Assembly (NCBI GenBank): GCA_012295275.1
Contig: CM022671.1
Span: forward strand, 26,226,001 to 26,290,000
Source of the DNA: Chrysomallon squamiferum
Lineage: Eukaryota; Animalia; Mollusca
Direction of reading: 5' to 3'
DNA: 64,000 nt
The position numbers were made by a program, and so were the translations under genes. Positions 48,294 to 62,793 of the stretch are shown here, piece after piece. The first letter of the stretch is position 1. Each line of letters starts with the position of its first letter. The notes beneath the pieces are model-generated. The model was not told where the DNA came from and searched no databases. It saw only the letters and a program-made list of their open reading frames with translations.

Positions 48294-51200
48294 GTGAGTA
48301 CTGACTATTTAATGCTGATTAATAGTAATTTGATTTTATATAATGTTAAATTAATATATTCAGTTATGTAATCAGGAAGAATATGTCATATCATAAATGA
48401 CAGTGGACAATGCATAAAGTGATTGCAGGGTTTATTTGTATGCGAATACTGAGCAAATCTTGTAGTGCACACATGTTTATACATGTGTCTTATGGCGGTT
48501 ATGCATATGGAAAATTATCCGTTAATCTAAAAAAAAAAAAAAATTATGTATGCATAAAGCATGATGTACAATTATGTACAAGTGCATTTAATTTGTTTAT
48601 GATACACTTTTTTTTTAGTGCATCCCACATACACACACACTGAGTATATATATATGAAGTTATGTTGTACAGTATGAATCATTCAGAAGGATTTTTATAT
48701 AATCAGTGTCAGTGCTGTTAAACAAACTTGACCAAACAAAAGTTACGTCCATTAGCTTCATTTGTGTATCCAATAGAAATGTCTTAGCTTTCCAAAAGCA
48801 GTAGTAAATTTCAGGGAAAATGTTCTGTTGTCTCTTGACTTCTTTCAAAAATATATCACTGAAAACAGCAATATGTTATCTGTTAAAGCAACTGTATAGG
48901 CAGATGAAAGATGTCTGCAGAACATGTAAATCATAGCCTATGATGTGACTGAAGCCAATTCATTTCTGAGTCAGAAAGTGACTGATCAAGCCTTTACTAG
49001 CAATAAGATAGTGCCTTGATGCTAAAGAAAACTTTTTTTTTATCCCTTTTAAATGTATTTCATCATCTAGATCTTTTCATTCTGATTAGTTTGAAATAAA
49101 AACTATATTTATAGAACAAACAGAAGTGGAATTATGAATTTTCATTTTTTGACCATGGAAAGTGTGTAGTGCAGACGAATGATTTTACCATGTTTTGCTT
49201 GACATACCAATGTAAATATACTTTGAAAAAAATGATACTGCATACCTGCAATAGAAAGTGTGACATGTTGTGAAATAAGTTTTGTCAGAGACAAACTTGA
49301 TGAAGAATGGGCTGTTAAATATTTAGTTTTTTGAAAATGGTAGTTGTGTGCAGTTTTATAATTTTGGAACAGTCTGACTGGCAGTTTTGTATTTATTATC
49401 ACTGACATCAGGATTACAGTTATAATTTGGAGTCATCTTTGTATTTCCTAAACAGAAAATCACTCAAGAGTAACTGTTGATAAAACATGTTTTATTCAGC
49501 TTCTTTCAATAGCAGCTTTACCTGTTAAAAAGCTCAAAGCAAAATATTTAATAACTTTTTATTGGATAGGCCTGCAGTGGTGCATCACCTGTCATCTGAA
49601 AGCATAGATAAAGAATAATACAGCTAACTGTATGAATGCACATCAGTGGAAATACTTATATACTGAGTGTGCACTGGGAAATGCCTTAGTTGTCAATAAT
49701 TTAAAGTTGAGTTTAATTTCTGGAAATTTGTTAATATTAATTTATGTAACTGTCTTTGTAATAGCGATTCCTGTCACATAAGTGTCAGTCAGCAATATAT
49801 AATTTGCATAAAGATTTTAAATTGGAATTACAGAGATATCTTTGAATTGTTTTGGTGTCTACTGGTCACTTACTCTTGAAAAAGTTGAACAGGTTGTCTG
49901 TCACTAGAACAGAAATAGTAACCACCCAGTTGTTTGACACTTAATTGTGATATAAGGTTGTGAAAATAACATATTCTTTGTTTATTTTATTTTTATTTTT
50001 TTTAAATATCGTTAATTATATTTATATCGATTTATTCTTTTATCTTTACTATTTCATAAATACATTTTTCATATCCTTATCTATGTCAGTAGTCTTTGAT
50101 TGCAGTTTTATGAAATAAAAATGCTGTAGATACTTAAAGTTAAGGATCACATGTGAATAAAAGCTTCAAGCAATTTTTTAAATTAGTTTTTGTCCCATAT
50201 TTGTTTGTGCATAGCCATGTTGTTAATTGTAACATAACTTTAGTTGTAATAAAACAGAAGAAAAATTTAAGCAGTTCTGAAAAGTGAAGTAAAAAGTCTG
50301 TTAAATCATTAAAAAAGTAAAGAAAAATTATTTTCACCATCGAATGTGTTTTCTCAGATCTCATTACTGATACAAATATTTCAAATTTTGTTGACTGTAT
50401 ACAGAGTTACTTCCCTTACAGTAACACCTTGGTTTTTAAAATCTGTTGTTTTTTCTTCATACAACCAAAATTTCAAATAAATTTTCATTTTACTTCTTTG
50501 AATTAATAATTTAATAAACATTTAAGTATATTTAATGTTTATTCAACATTTTTAATGTATATTTCATAAGAAATGTTTTCTATTAAAAGTATCTCACACG
50601 TACCATTTGTTATAACACTAACAGGTTGCTCAAAAAAATCAAATAATAACTTTAGACCATTCATTTTTGCAAGCACAGGTAAACTTTAATATTAAAATAG
50701 TGAATAATTTAGACATGAATTATAAATTTTTGTTTTGTTTTTTAATTTATTATTTTAGAATTTTATAATGAATAATAAATTGCAAAAACTGTGAAGTTTA
50801 TTCTTTCTTTCATAAACAGATATTATTATAATATTGGAAAGAAAGCTAAATAGAAGACTAAAAAGTTTCACAGATCATATTTAACATGGTTATGTACTCT
50901 TTTAAGGCCATGCATTTCTGAATCTCTGATGTTAAATGGTATAAGACTAACTGTTATTTATTGATATGCATATTTACTGATATGCATATTTTTCTCACTG
51001 CTATTTGTCTTTTCCTGTTATGTTACCAATAACTGTTAATTTAATATGAGTTTTTCTTCTCTTTTTTAAAAAAAATGTTTAAATATAATTATTGAAAATT
51101 ATTTTGTTATTTATTCTTTTTTCCTATTTCTCATTCTTTTTATTATTATTATTATTATTATTATTTTCTTTTTTTTTCTTTGACTATTTTTCTGTTGGGT

Positions 51201-53681
51201 TTCTTTGAGTATTCTCTCAACTGCAAATACCTGAAATAGGTCATGGCATCAGTTTCTTCCAAAGATTTATAGTTTCAGTGCACATGTTGCATTCACTATT
51301 TTTTACGTTTTTTTTTAATTTTCAAAATGAAACTGAATTTATTATTATAACAAATGTATCTTTATTTTTTATTTATTATTATTTTTTTAAATTATAATTT
51401 TTTCCATAATGTATGACAGAACACGCATGGTTATTATAGTTCATAACCAAAAGAAAGAACTTGGTCCTGCAAACTCTGTTTATATACTGCAGCAAAAATC
51501 CTCGCAGAAATTAATTTCAAATTTAAATTTTAAATTAGTTATAAATTATATATGTAAATTATATATAGCATAAATACGTCATAGTGTTACATGTTCCTAT
51601 AGAACAAGTATGATGTATACTGTTATAAAGCTGTAAGTACAGGAGAGATTTATGGAACAAGCATGATGTATGCTGTCAACACTGCAAGACGATGTTTCAG
51701 GATGGTTGTACTATTTTTAATGAAGAAATCTTTTATTTTATTATTATTATTATTATTATTTTGTTTTTTTTGTTTAAAATGTTTAAGATGTTCATTTTGA
51801 ATCTGGCTATTTCAGTTATGATGTGTGGCTTGTGGTTGCAGTGTATCCACTACTAGCTTTTGTATTGTATTACACTCAGCATGCTGTCGCACTTTCATGA
51901 CAGAATTCATGGTCAAAAGAAAAAACTTGATTCCAAAAACCATTTTTTATATATATTCAACGGCAGTTCCCAGTAGATATTCATGGAGAAAATGTTTATT
52001 GCTTTACAGATGTAACATAAATCTTGTTTGACATTTTAGATAAGTAAACATATGTTTTCATCTTTTTTGACATATGTTATTTTAAATGTTTATCTTCAGA
52101 GAATACAAAGCTAATTAATTGGTTTTTCTTCATAAACAATACAGTGATTAATCATTCAGATGATAATGGATATTTATACCTTAGATAAATAGGAATTTTA
52201 GATAAAGAAAAACTAATATAAAAAAAATATATATATACATATATATAAAAAATAAACAGTAAATATTAAATAATACTGTAACATATTAGAAGTATTTGAA
52301 GACTAACATTAAATATTTTGTCTGGATTTTGGTAATATTTAAATATTCAAGCATGCTTGTTATGGACAGAGACTGAAATGTCACCAGAGAGTTCTGTTCA
52401 AGACAAAAATAAATTGTTTCTCCATCTCTCATTTATAAAAGAATCAACATATAATTACATCATTTCAACTTTTTTCTTCTCTGTGACAAAAATTGCATGT
52501 TTGAATTTATTTCGTTTTGTTTCTCATCAGATATAACATTTGTATTGTTTCTATTAATAAGTTTCATTGTGTTGTATTCAGAATAACAAGGTCACTAAAG
52601 TAGTCAAAAAATGATGTTTTAAAAAGCAATGTGATTTCAATTAAATACCTGTTATCTTAGCTAATAATTTTTAATACTCGAAACCTCATGGATAAAGTTT
52701 ATATTAAAAAGAAAATATCAGATATCAAGAAACAGAAAAGATAACTTTCTTAGTAACATCTTAAAAAAAATACAAATCAAAGTGCTTTCCAATGCAAGAC
52801 TTGCAAAACTGAATATATTTGTTCTTATTTATTTATTTATTTATTATTATTCATTTTAAATAAATATTAATGGTTGTCTAATTTACTCACAGAAAGGATG
52901 TTTTAAAATTGATTTAATGTCTCTTCATCTTGTTGCATGAAATCAGTTTGTTGCTTTAACTGAACATTTGTAAAATGATTTCAGAGCACGTCATTTTCTA
53001 CTCTTGAATTTTCATTTACAACATTCAGTATATTTAGATTAGTCAGAGATTTTTAAAGTGGGTGTGAGCACTCCCTTAAATATATTTATACCTACAAATG
53101 CTTTAAATTTACTTAGTACCACCAACCTTCAGAATTATTTGAAAAGGGTTTCTGAAAAATGAAAACAAAAAACAAAAAAAGTATTAAGAACCAATGGTTT
53201 AGATGCAGGAGCTTCGACTTTATTATTCTGTTTTTACATTGTGGTCACACATATTTAATCACAGCAGAATATGAAATGTTTTTAATTGCTTATTAACAGA
53301 CCAAAGCATATTCCACAGAAAGATTTCTGGTTGAGTAAAACTGGAAATTAACGCACGCACGTAGCCAGATTGGCAAACGTGTGTACCTAAAAGCATGTGG
53401 CTGTATTCTGTTACAGAATAGCTTCATTGCCATTCAAGCAATTCCTGCCTGACATATTCATTAAGAGAATTAATGGCCAAAGATAACAAGATAAAAGCAA
53501 GTTAGCCTTATCTTTTAACAAGGACGTAGCTGTTTCATCAAACAGTGGCAGCCTTCCATAAACATTAGTTGATGACAGTTAAACAAATAGCAATAACAGA
53601 TTGCTAATAAAAGCCATGGCTCTTAAATCTGTGGAATCACTGGTATTGTATAGCTTTAAGCAGTGTGAAAATATAGTTGTA

Positions 53682-53994
53682 GGAAAAAATGTCACCCGGG
53701 GGAAAAATGGCACCCAGAAAAAATGGCACTGTGCAGATTTGGAATAAATGGTACCTTTTTTATTTTTTCTGTCTTGTTGCACTCCCAAAAAAAAATCCTT
53801 AAAAGTACTTTTGAAAATACAGTTTATTCATGCAGTATTGTTACATAGATGTATGTTAATATATAGCATCACTCAGCCACTTGATTTTGCTTAACAAAGT
53901 ACAGTATTATATCAGAGTTTAATGTTATACATACACACATACATATACACACACACATACAAATATATATATATAGACACACACACACACACAC

Positions 53995-54038
<44 letters not shown>

Positions 54039-54104
54039 CTTTCACACATACATAGATGAATGAGTATCCTATTAAAGTATCCTCCAGAATGATATCATTC
54101 AGTC

Positions 54105-54153
<49 letters not shown>

Positions 54154-54570
54154 GCACACACATCTGTCTGTATGTACATGTAAAGCATATGTGTGTGTGT
54201 GTGTGTGTATATATATATGTATGTATGTGTGTGTGTGTGTGTGTGTACATATATATTTGTATGTGTGTGTGTATATATATCTGTGTATGTATAATATTAA
54301 ACTGATATAATACTGTACTGTGTTAAGCAAAAACAATTGATTTTATATATTAACTGAGTGAAAATATATTAACATACATGTATGCTACAGTATTTCATGA
54401 ATAAACCGTATTTTCAAAAGTACTTTTAAGGATTTTTTTTAAAACAACTTGATAGAAAATAAATAAGGTGTCATTTTTTCCAAATCTGCACAGTGCCATT
54501 TCTGCCGGGTGCCATTTTTTCCAGTGCCATTTTTTTGGTATCATTTTTCCTGGTGCCATTTTTTCAATAC
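53682..54570. mobile_element. Foldback-type non-autonomous element with ~350-bp imperfect inverted arms and subterminal GAAAAAATGGCAC repeats
   Basis: The left arm (AAATGGCACTGTGCAGATTTGG...ATCCTTAAAAGTACTTTTGAAAATAC...CA repeats) is the reverse complement of the right arm (TG repeats...GTATTTTCAAAAGTACTTTTAAGGAT...CCAAATCTGCACAGTGCCATTT). The TSD is not clear. Confidence 0.75.
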
Positions 54571-54662
54571 CCCAAAAATACAACAGGAATCAAATGAGAG
54601 GAACACAGCCTGAAAAAGAGAACAATTTTTAGTTATTGTACTAGTTATCAAAAAAACTGTGG

Positions 54663-54695
<33 letters not shown>

Positions 54696-55344
54696 TTTCC
54701 TCCATTTCATTGACTTGTTCAGAACAGTTAAAAAATAAAACAAATAAATAATAATAATAAAATAAATATAATAAAATGAAATTTAAGCATGTGTTATATT
54801 TGTTTCTTTAACTTAAATATATATTACATATATGTTTATTTCTGAATATTGAAGCTTTCATTTCTTGCCAGTTGCTTAGTAGAATATTTATTTCTATTAC
54901 TGAATTTCTTCAAACTTTGAACTCATTTACCTTGCCTGTAGTGCCAACCAGGCTTAATTCTTTGTTTGTGTTTTGTCACTCATTTAAAATTGACTAAAAT
55001 ATTTTAGTTCTTGAAAAAGTTTCTGATACACTGTAGTTTCTCTTAGATGTTTTTCAGAAGCAAATTTGTTTTCCCCTCTTGAAAGTTTAATGAATTGTTA
55101 TAAAGGATTTTAGTAACTGAAATTGACTTCATAATGACATTATTTTAATGTATTTATGTTTGTGCTATGTGTATGTATATGCATATATGCATATATATAT
55201 AAAACCCCAATTTATGGTGAAAAATTCATAAAAAGTTAAATAAAAAGTGATAAAGAAGTTAAAGGACATTTCAGATTTTAACAGTTTTTTATTCTGCAAT
55301 TCTGAGGTACTGTGGTGTATTGACATCAACACTGAAGACACACA

Positions 55345-55810
55345 GAAATAGAACATTCATTCTAAGAGAGAAGATGTTCATACTAAGTTTCTTAGAAATA
55401 TCACATTCATTCTAGAGAGAACATATTCATACTAAGTTTCTTTGAAATATCACATTTATGTGCAGTTATTCAGAAAATGTTCATACTTCATTCACAGAAC
55501 ATATTCCAAATCAGAAAGAAGATTTTCATATTAGGTTATACAGAAAGAAAATATTTATACTCTGTTTCATAGAAGATTTTCATATTAGGTTATACAGAAA
55601 GAAGATATTTATACTCTATTTCATAGAAGATTTTCATATTAGGTTATACAGAAAGAAAATATTTATACTCTGTTTCATAGAAGATTTTCATATTAGGTTA
55701 TATAGAAAGAAGACATTTATCCTTAATTTCATAGGAAGTGGATACTGATATTCACAGGAAGAAGGCATTCATACCTAGTTATTCATGCTCAGTTACACAG
55801 AAATAAACAG
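55345..55810. repeat. Minisatellite with a 54-bp unit (four near-perfect copies at ~55517-55735) built from ~27-bp subunits
   Basis: AGAAGATTTTCATATTAGGTTATACAGAAAGAAAATATTTATACTCTGTTTCAT is repeated, with degenerate AGAAGATGTTCATACTAAGTT subunits on both sides. Confidence 0.9.
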
Positions 55811-57499
55811 ATATTCAGTTACCCTGAAAATAATAATAATACAAAGTATTATGTACATTAAAATATTTGCACTATTAATACAAATTTTGGAATTCTCATT
55901 TCTAAATCACAAACGTACAAATACACACTGACAAACACATCTATTAACACACATACACAAACACGTATATTAACACACATACACATGCACATATATTAAC
56001 ACATACACATACACAAACATTTTTTTATATGATACAAACTGTTCATTACACAAAACAATTCATAACAGTTTAAAAAATGAAAAAACCCTCTGAAGATCTG
56101 TTCATAAAAAACAAATAATTTGTGCATTTGTTTTTTTAAATAAACCAACAACAAAAATCTTATTTAAATTGTTCACAATTATCCTATGTTCTAATATTAG
56201 CATAAATTTGCTTGCAAATATGAATTTAACCCATATGTTTTATTTTGTATTGATCTATGCACATACTGGGTTATTGTTAAACATTCATTCATTCATTCAT
56301 TGATCTGTGCACATAAATAATAATAATTATTATTTGCCTCAACCAGGTTTATAAACCCTAAATATTAATATCTGTTAGGAAATTGGTAAATTTACTATGT
56401 GGATTTTAAAAAAATAATTAAACATGTTAAATATTTCCTTTTTTCAGAATTTTTTAATTTTAGGAAAACAATCAATATGTAAAAAAAATATATAAAAAAA
56501 AAAAATAAAAAATAAAAAAAAACAAATAAACTAAAATTAAAACTAAATAAATAAATAAATAAATAAATAAAAGAAATACTATGAGAATGCAGATTAAATA
56601 GACAGTGCATGATATAAGTTGTCTAATCAACAACATCATTCAGACACTGCAGATATTCACTTGAACTAGAAATATTTCTATTTCAATATTTAATAATTTT
56701 CTAATATTCTTTTTCATTATTCTGCAAAAATTTATTTGACGGTGGTAGCATTTATGAAATGCAGATGTAATTATTTACAAAATATATGTAGATCAACTTT
56801 TCCTCTGAATACCATATATATGTGTGCGCGTGTGTGTGTGTATGGTAAAATATTCACTCCCATGCACAATGTTTTTGAGTAATTTGTAAGGCTTCATTGA
56901 AGGTTTGTAATAATGAGTAATGGATGTTTTTAGATGAAGATGATCAGAAAAAATATATAATTATATATTGCATCTTTCACTATCATCATTTTTGCAGAAT
57001 ATTGCTGTACTTTATCTTATAGTATTTATACAAAATTATAAATTTATTAGGTTATTTTATTACTCTTTTTCAATTTTAAAAGTTTAATTTTAAGTTAAGC
57101 AAAATTGTTCATGAGAAAAAAAAAAAAAGGTTATAATTTTGTTATGATTAAATATATAGTTGATTGTCATCATGTTTTTTTAGTGTTTTATTTATCATAT
57201 CAAAGACCATGGACATTTTGGAAAAAAAAAAAAAAAAAAAAAAATATTGTTCTGGAATATGAAACACTGTTTTCTCACAATTGTGATGATCGTCATTATT
57301 ATAATTGCATTTACTTTTCGAAGGAAGACTGTACTGTGTTTTTATTCACTGAAAGGTTGTTTATGAAATTTATCATGACTTTATTTTTAAACATATGACT
57401 ACATTAACAAATTGAATATTACTATCTGCTAAAAATTTACATGGCTGGTTACAGACCTGATTGAAGCGGTGGAATCTCTAAAGATATAACTGACAGTTT

Positions 57500-57870
57500 A
57501 AAGATTAAATCAACAACTGAATGAATGAAGTTTAGGTCAACAAGTATTTAAAGAAGTGCAGATCAACAACTGAATGAATGAAGTTTAGATAAACAACCAT
57601 TTAAAGATGTTTAGATCAAGAAATGAATGAATGAAGTTTAGATCAACAATTATTAAAAGAACTGACTTTAAAGTTCAGATAAAAATGAGTGCTTATTGTT
57701 TAGATCAAATAGTGACTTTTAAAAGTTTAAATCACCAACTATTTAAAGATGTTTAGATATAAATGAGAGTTTAAATTTAAATAAATAAATTTAGATAATA
57801 AAGTTTAAAATTTAGATCAAGAACTATTTCAAATTAAATACAAAAATTATTTGATGTTTAGATCAGCAAT
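57500..57870. repeat. Degenerate tandem repeat just downstream of the FaNaC stop (probable 3' UTR)
   Basis: TTTAGATCAACAAC(TGAATGAATGAAG / TATTTAAAGA) recurs at a ~25-27 bp spacing. Confidence 0.7.
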
Positions 57871-57991
57871 TGACTGTTTAAAGTATGCATCACCATTCAA
57901 AGAAGTCTTGATTAACATCTGGAGTACTGTTACTTGAACATCTTTTACAATTTTAGGACAGAGTTAATTTAAACATCATTACTGAAATCTA

Positions 57992-59753
57992 TCATACTGG
58001 AGATTCATTGTGTATATCATACTCATACTCCTTTTCATGATCCAGCATACCATTTGCCTGAACGTCATGGTCTGGTAATTTTTTCTCTGAATTAAACAAC
58101 AAAAGAAAAAGTCGAATGATTAATTCCATTAACTCCATAATTGTCAGCACTGAAATGCCCATCCACAGACCAAGTGTTCCTCCAATATCTGCAAACAAAT
58201 CAGCCAGATCATATCCTGGTAGCTGACGGAACTCGACAACACTCAAGTCTTCTAAATATATATTTAAACGAAGCAGATTTTGTCGAATAAGATTTGAAGC
58301 ACGTTCAGCTTGTTCTTTTTCCGTCAGAGTATAACTCTGGTTTAAAATATTTTGTGTACGTGAATCATTTTTTATGTTAGGTAAATTAGCCAGATTTGAT
58401 AAATACGTGAAAGCCTCATGCATGAAATTCTGCTCTATGGATTTACCGTAGAACTTCCAAAGAGCATCATACTGGTAGAATTCCAGAGGCCAGTAGGACA
58501 GAGACACTGATTTCTGGAAAGTTGTTTCATGACATGGCTGGAAACATTTGCATGAGATCTCATAGCTCCGGTCATTTGCCATTTCCTGAAGAACTCTCTG
58601 CTCACAGGCTAAGCTCTGAATCCGAATTGATTTTTTACTTTTTGTGTTATTACACTGATAGAGGTTTTTCCATTCAGGAACAACTCCACAGAATGTCACG
58701 TTGAGATCCTGAACTTGTGGTAATCCTGATGATTTACAACCACACTTCTGAATGATAATCCTCTGTTTACACAACTGTAGACATGAGAAAAATGTATTCC
58801 TGTATATCTGAGTGGCCAGCAGATCTTCCGTTGTACAGTTCCCATACGGTTCTGACAGTCGAGAGTGTATCACTGCTTTTAATCCAATGGAAGAAGAATA
58901 TCCAGGAGGAACATCAAAACCATGATTCACTGGACTTGGCATAGTGTTTGCTGCATGAACAACAACTCGGACACCTCCGCTATGAAGAATATTTGAATCC
59001 AAATGATAAACTCCATAAGAACCCAGTGGTGGATCAGCATTATCCAATGAAATAATTAATGATAAACCATGCTGTGGTCCTGTGGCATGCATAAGAAGTT
59101 TCTTATCCATGCCTCCCATGTTGAAAGTGAAACAATTGTAATAATTGCCATCAAATGTTGTAGTAAAATTCTCCATTGTACAGTCCTCGTCATTAAATTT
59201 ACAGTGAATTAGAAAATCTTTTATATTGTGACTGATGTACTTCGCTTCTTTTCCAAAGTTTTCGTAAAAGGCTCTGATTGAACTCAAATGAGCCTCTTGT
59301 TCACCAAAAGTAAAATTTTCACAGTTGAGAAATGACAGCCATTTCATCAGCTCATTGTCAGGGTTGTTGAGTAAAATTCTCACTTTCCGCATTGAAATGG
59401 GTTCCGTATTGCATAATGTCACTGATGGAAATTCCACAGGCATGCTGTCCTTTATCTCTGAGACCTCCACCACCTGAAACTGAAGATACTTCCTCACTAA
59501 AAGAGACAGCTGTAGAGTTGCAGCCGTGAAACCAATGATCACCAAAAGAGCCCAGATAACTTTTCTTTTTGTGTCCACAGAGGTGACGATTTTAGCAAAT
59601 CCATGTGCATTGCTTTCAGAACCAAGTTCAGCTATCAGTGACAAAGCAGTTCTCTTGCATTGTTGTTGTCTCCTCCTTATCATTCTGTCTTGGTCATTGT
59701 AATAAGCAAACTTTCCATTGCTTGAGTATTTTCCTGCTTGTTGTCGGTTGGTT
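57992..59753 (-). CDS. FaNaC: FMRFamide-gated sodium channel (DEG/ENaC family), main coding exon
   Basis: IAELGSESNAHGFAKIVTSVDTKRKVIWALLVIIGFTAATLQLSLLVRKYLQFQVVEVSEIKDSMPVEFPSVTLCN closely matches molluscan FaNaC as I recall it. It has the pre-TM1 HG motif, a Cys-rich thumb, and TM2 LFADIGGTLGLWMGISVLT with the GxS filter. A poly-T tract and AG acceptor lie at 59755-59754, so the first ~22 aa of the ORF-track protein are intronic. Confidence 0.95.
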
Positions 59754-59885
59754 CTAAAAAAAAAATAAAAAATAAAAATAATAAAAAAAAAAAAGATGTT
59801 AATTACTATTAAATCATTCAATAAGATGAAATAGTTCTGAAATAAATATTTTTTTTTAAATGAATTAAAAAGGATATATATAAAA

Positions 59886-60122
59886 TTAAATCATACAGGT
59901 AGTAAATAAAAACTTGAAAATACTAATTCCTGAAATAAAAAATAAAAAGAATTAAAAAAAATACATTTGTTTATCATTAAGTCATACAGGTAGTAAATAT
60001 TGAACTGAAAACACTCATTCCTGAAATGAAAAAGGATTTAAAAATCAGATATATACTCTTTTTTTTATGATTAAATCATACAGGTATGTAGCAAATGTAA
60101 AACTGAAAATACTATGTTCTGA
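59886..60122. repeat. Three diverged ~90-bp tandem units in the FaNaC intron
   Basis: TTAA.TCATACAGGTAGTAAAT...ACTGAAAA.ACT.ATTCCTGAAAT occurs at ~59886, ~59977 and ~60071. Confidence 0.75.
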
Positions 60123-60537
60123 GACTTTTTCAGACTGAATAATATATCATTACCAGGCTTAAAGGTTTATTTGCTTGTTGTCATAATGGATTCAATCAAT
60201 TATAAATACTTCACTTTTATGAGTGTACCAATATCTTTTTTTTTGTTCACTGCAGATTTTAATAATACAACTGTGAATACATCTGACCTATCTTCAGTTC
60301 AGTCCCTCTATTGATTGATTAATCACTTTTGTTCCAGGCATTAATTCTTTAGTTCTTTTCAGACCATCCATTCAAATTTGTAACAGTAAATAAGAGACGT
60401 ACATGTTTTGAATTCAAATGAAACAAATGAAAGTAGGTCTTCATCACCTATTTACACTTGTTTTAGGAAATATGTACTGTGTTTTCACTTTGATTATATT
60501 AATAAAAAAATTTAATTAATAATAATAATAATAATTA

Positions 60538-60586
<49 letters not shown>

Positions 60587-61560
60587 TATTTTTAAAATAT
60601 CAGTCACCATTAAAATGTCAAAACAAAAAACAAAAAAAAAACATTTTAACCATTTCTCATTTGCATGGGAAAAAAGAAACAACAAGACATCAAGGAGGTT
60701 TGATCCTGAACCAATCACAGCTAGCAACTCAAATTACTGCTTCTTAAAGCTAGAATTTTGCTTTGAAATTAATACATTCAGAAGGTTTTGGATTTGATAC
60801 GTAATTGGAAGAAAGCAAAAACAAGCAATGATTTTAAGAATGTGGAGAAAGAAGTGAGAAATGTACAGAGATACATCTAGGAACTGATGGTTCTGTTTCC
60901 TGTCTTCCTAGATTTACAATGGCACCGATTGTTAGTTAACAAAGCATGAAACGGGTACAAAAAAGAGAGCTAATCGGAATACTGCACTGTGCATTACAAC
61001 CATGATAAACATGCAAACAATAAACAAACAAACAAGCAAATAAAACAATAAAATAAATGAAGAAACCAAGTCCAACAACAAAAAACCAAAAAAAAAACCA
61101 AACAATATCCCCTCAGAAAGAAAAGAAAGAGACAAATTAAGAAAGAAAGCAAACAACAGAATGTGAGACATCATTAACACAGAGATTAAAGCGAGTTTGA
61201 CGTAATATATTTATCTTTGTTTTTTTCCTGTTCCTCTACAAGAAGATTTGACAGGATGACATGATTAGCATCTTTCTGTCAGCGAAACTCTCCATTTGAC
61301 ACACTGCCAATGTAATTCATCACAAGACCAACCTGCATATCCACTTTCTTGTAAAAACAAATATTTTTTTTGTGTTTTTATGCCAACAGTGGATTTGCTC
61401 GGTTAAGAATACATTATTTTGTGTCATGTACATATTATCTACTTCAAGTTTAAAATGTTATCAGAACAGAATAATATATAAAGTTTTATCAGTAGCAGTC
61501 TAATTTTATGATGGTATAAACTTAAAAAAGAAACAACATTTGTATATTTTGTATACTTAC

Positions 61561-61589
61561 TGAAGTTCATTCATGCTTTTATGGTTCAT
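61561..61589 (-). CDS. FaNaC: Candidate first coding exon of FaNaC (MNHKSMNELQ)
   Basis: ATG at 61589 with an in-frame stop upstream. It ends CA|GTAAGT, a strong donor in phase 2, matching the phase-2 start of the main exon at 59753. There is no homology support. Confidence 0.5.
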
Positions 61590-62744
61590 GACCCATTTAA
61601 GGTGATGTTCATTACTGATTTCCTTTTTGAGTTATCATCTATTTTAATATTAGGTTGTTTATGTTTATACTTAGAATTATATTAATGTAGAAAATTAGAA
61701 TTATTTTCCTGCATGCAGATAATATATGCTTGCATGCACATATATTTCATACCCATGCACATACAGTGCTCACAGAAATCACAATAATAATTTTCAAACA
61801 CTTTTTGTTATTGCAAGAAAACATTATTTCTATTTTATGTTGTTTGTTTGTTTGTTTGTTTTTAAATAAATTCACTGATTTGATAATGAAAAAAAAAAAA
61901 AATCTAGGAAATTTTTTTTTTTTTTTTAAATTATTACATCTGCCAATATTTTGGTGTAATTTTTAAAACATCATCGCACAAATGATAAAAAAAAAAAAGA
62001 AGTTTTTTTACTAATGAAACAAATTAAATACAAATAAATGTTTGATTATTTACATACTTCATGTATACCTTACATACATACATTTGATAATATATAAACA
62101 CACATTATTGCTTTAATGTTGTGGTATCAAAAATATTTACTTTTGTAATTATTTTCTGAGCTCTCTGATGCTCAGTCTTTATTGATTTACAACTTTGTGA
62201 ACTATGACTAAACTGTTTTACAGTAGTTAGATCATTTCACAATTTTCAGAGTGTGTATCTTTTCCTTAGCTGCATATCAGTTTAGTTAAAGAGCCAAAGA
62301 CACTACAAAACTGATCCAGCAGATTTTTTTTTCCAGTATCTCTCTCTTTCTCTCTCTCTCTCGCTCTCACATTAGTTAATTTTTTTTCATTTTAACACTC
62401 ACTGGCAGACAGTATTTTATAGCACTGTGCAAAAGAAACAATTCTTGGCGTTTATTACAGATATCATCACATCATTGATCTAAATGCATCACTGACATTT
62501 TCAAGTGAGGATCCTATGCCAGTTTCCTGTTATCACTGAACTGATCAAATTGGCTGTATTTGTTCAAGTCCTAATATGTAGACATTAGGAGAGAACTGTT
62601 AAGTAAATAGAGGATGTGACTCAAGCATGGAAATATGCTCAAGCCAAAACAAATTAATAATTATGTTGTACATCTGAACCATTTCACCTTTCCTCCCTTT
62701 AAAAAAGAAAGAAAACAAATTATGTACTACATACTGATAGAACA

Positions 62745-62793
<49 letters not shown>

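Noticed and set aside
51816-52031. Possible fifth INTS13 exon after TTTCAG
   Set aside because: The in-phase reading (YDVWLVVAVYPLLAF...) hits a stop and does not match the expected INTS13 continuation.
55458-55748. 96-aa ORF with repeated EDFHIRLYRKKIFIL
   Set aside because: It is the translation of the 54-bp minisatellite.
59754-59821. Hydrophobic N-terminus of the 609-aa FaNaC ORF as a signal or TM segment
   Set aside because: It is the intron's polypyrimidine tract, and the ORF starts at TTG.
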